Virus record (IMG/VR): IMGVR_UViG_3300023493_000082
Span: 1 to 6,048 of that record
Origin: a virus
Length of the DNA stretch: 6,048 nucleotides
Direction: 5' to 3' (one strand)
Every line of letters begins with the position of its first letter. Position 1 is the first letter of the stretch. Positions 5,071-6,048 of this stretch are shown here, piece after piece. The notes below the pieces were generated by a model. The model worked only from the letters and a program-made list of their open reading frames with translations. It was not told the DNA's origin and did not search any database. A program made the position numbers and the translations under genes.

Positions 5071-5074
5071 AAAA

Positions 5075-6048
5075 CTAGAAAGGACAATACTCTGCTGATA
5101 AGTATTGATACATTATATCTTCCTCTTCTCTTCTGATCTGCCTTCGCTGCGCTCTTTTTCTGTTTGTTAGATTTTGTAGCTTATTCATTCGATTGATCGC
5201 TTTTTTTCTTTCGATTTCCTCGATATTATCACCATGTAGGCCGATTCCGTTTTCATTTTTTTCTTTGAGCAATCTTTCGTAATAATCTTTATTTACTGTG
5301 TTGGCTCCTATTACTTCGAATCCTTTCACCCATTTGGTGCCTTTGTCTTCCGCGTATAGCCATAATAGTTGCCTTTGATCATCTGTGTATATGGTTGTTT
5401 TGTAGTATCTTGGTAGAGGTAGATCTTGTCCGTTATGAGCTTTGTATGTAATGATTGTTTTCTCTCCATTCCATCTGTGTTTCAATTGGTTTTCTTTTGC
5501 GTAATTCGCCCCTAATCCTTTACTGCATAGTACTATACCGATGTAGTCAGGATTGTCTTCATCTTTTTTTGTCATATATTTTGATACGTAGTTAATTGTT
5601 TTTTCGTTTACATATCTTCCGTAGTACTTGTATCCGTCTATCCAATTTTCATACAATAATTTTGTAAGTTGCCATTTTGTTTCTCCGTGCGTTGCATAGT
5701 ATAGTCCGTGTATGTGTATACGTCTGGTGTTGGTATGTCCTTTTTCTGTGACACACCAGTGTTTGATCGAATATCCTTTTTCTTTCCTGATTCTTTCTAG
5801 AAACAATCTGTGTATTTTTGTAATTATCTCGTTATCTTGTGATCCGTCATTTTTAAATCCATATCTTTTACAAATATATTCATATCTTTGTGGAGATACT
5901 GTTCCTGTAAAAAACACTGCATGAGGTGTTTCTTTTAGTTGTTCGTAGTTTCTGATCCTCCATTCTCTTCTCTTTTTTTTACGACATTCGAAACAGTGTC
6001 CGCATTCCACTTCTACATATCTGAATCTTTCGTCTGTACACACAGGCG
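5075..6048 (-). CDS. VP4: Microviridae replication initiator (HUH rolling-circle endonuclease, VP4 / phiX174 A-like); open at the window edge and continuing to the ATG at 102
   Basis: Motif I is FFTGT (5900..5914). The HUH motif is HIH in RRIHIHGLYY (5708..5716). The catalytic Tyr motif is YVSKYMTK (5567..5590; compare phiX174 A YVAKYVNK). A Cys-rich CGHCFECR lies near the N-terminus. The codon at 6043..6041 is GTG, not ATG, and the frame stays open to 6048. The full product is predicted at 346 aa. Confidence 0.9.
   Translation of the reverse strand, partial: PVCTDERFRYVEVECGHCFECRKKKRREWRIRNYEQLKETPHAVFFTGTVSPQRYEYICKRYGFKNDGSQDNEIITKIHRLFLERIRKEKGYSIKHWCVTEKGHTNTRRIHIHGLYYATHGETKWQLTKLLYENWIDGYKYYGRYVNEKTINYVSKYMTKKDEDNPDYIGIVLCSKGLGANYAKENQLKHRWNGEKTIITYKAHNGQDLPLPRYYKTTIYTDDQRQLLWLYAEDKGTKWVKGFEVIGANTVNKDYYERLLKEKNENGIGLHGDNIEEIERKKAINRMNKLQNLTNRKRAQRRQIRREEEDIMYQYLSAEYCPF
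6014..6048. repeat. Terminal redundancy, copy 2 (identical to 1..35)
   Basis: Same 35-mer as 1..35. It lies inside the Rep coding sequence, so it is most simply an assembly or linearisation overlap rather than a biological repeat. Confidence 0.95.

Larger units (their letters stand above)
4874..5074. other. Largest non-coding region; GC-rich and hairpin-dense; candidate replication-origin or regulatory region
   Basis: No ORF in the supplied track falls in this span on either strand. By hand count there are 53 G+C in 4861..4960, against 13/60 in 4311..4370, 19/60 in 4141..4200 and 25/60 in 2161..2220. Hairpins occur at 4863..4882, 4907..4942, 5035..5051 and 5056..5070. GCATACC occurs twice (4870..4876 and 4911..4917). 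Confidence 0.6.

Noticed and set aside
4874-5074. Possible tRNA, ribozyme or other known RNA gene in the GC-rich region.
   Set aside because: I could not build a cloverleaf: there is no GTTCGAATC-type T-loop or D-loop signature. I found no hammerhead CUGAUGA core on either strand. A covariance-model search would be needed to exclude other families.
5871-5878. Second TAnnTTTG-like element (TATATTTG on the minus strand) inside Rep.
   Set aside because: There is no TTTG at 19-21 nt upstream, and it lies within conserved coding sequence with no gene start downstream.
5712-5924. Plus-strand 70-aa ORF.
   Set aside because: It is antisense to the conserved HUH region of Rep and has shadow-frame composition.
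5973-5980. A8 run (T8 on the plus strand) in the Rep N-terminal KKK codons as a programmed frameshift or slippage site.
   Set aside because: The zero frame continues into all conserved Rep motifs. I saw no meaningful alternative-frame ORF downstream. Homopolymer runs are common throughout this AT-rich genome.
6014-6048. The 35-nt end repeat as a biological direct terminal repeat, att site or LTR-like element.
   Set aside because: It lies in the middle of the Rep reading frame, which continues seamlessly across the join. Microviridae genomes are circular ssDNA without terminal repeats. An assembly overlap from a circular contig explains it.

Overview
The window is a complete circular ssDNA microvirus (family Microviridae) genome, linearised inside its replication gene. 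Bases 1..35 are identical to 6014..6048, so the unique unit is 6013 nt. All credible genes lie on the minus strand, which is therefore the mRNA-sense and presumably packaged strand. In transcription order they are: a GC-rich, hairpin-dense non-coding region (5074->4874); an AT-rich cassette of five small ORFans (4873->3626); major capsid VP1 (3622->1673); a small VP3-position protein (1670->1332); a 165-nt intergenic region with a terminator-like hairpin; the Gly-rich pilot protein VP2 (1166->102); and the HUH replication initiator VP4. VP4 starts at an ATG at 102..100 that overlaps the VP2 stop (TAATG), runs off the left edge, and continues from 6048 down to 5075. Genes are packed tightly, with 2-5 nt gaps and ATGA and TAATG overlaps. 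Genome size, the 649-aa VP1 and the near absence of Shine-Dalgarno sequences suggest an Alpavirinae-like, Bacteroidetes-infecting lineage, as does one full match to the Bacteroides promoter consensus TTTG-N19-TAnnTTTG. That assignment is inference only. I found no tRNA, rRNA, CRISPR array, integrase or transposase. The parts worth follow-up are the structured non-coding region, the small-ORF cassette (which includes a signal-anchor or lipoprotein-like peptide and a possibly overprinted basic ORF), and the signals in the two intergenic regions.
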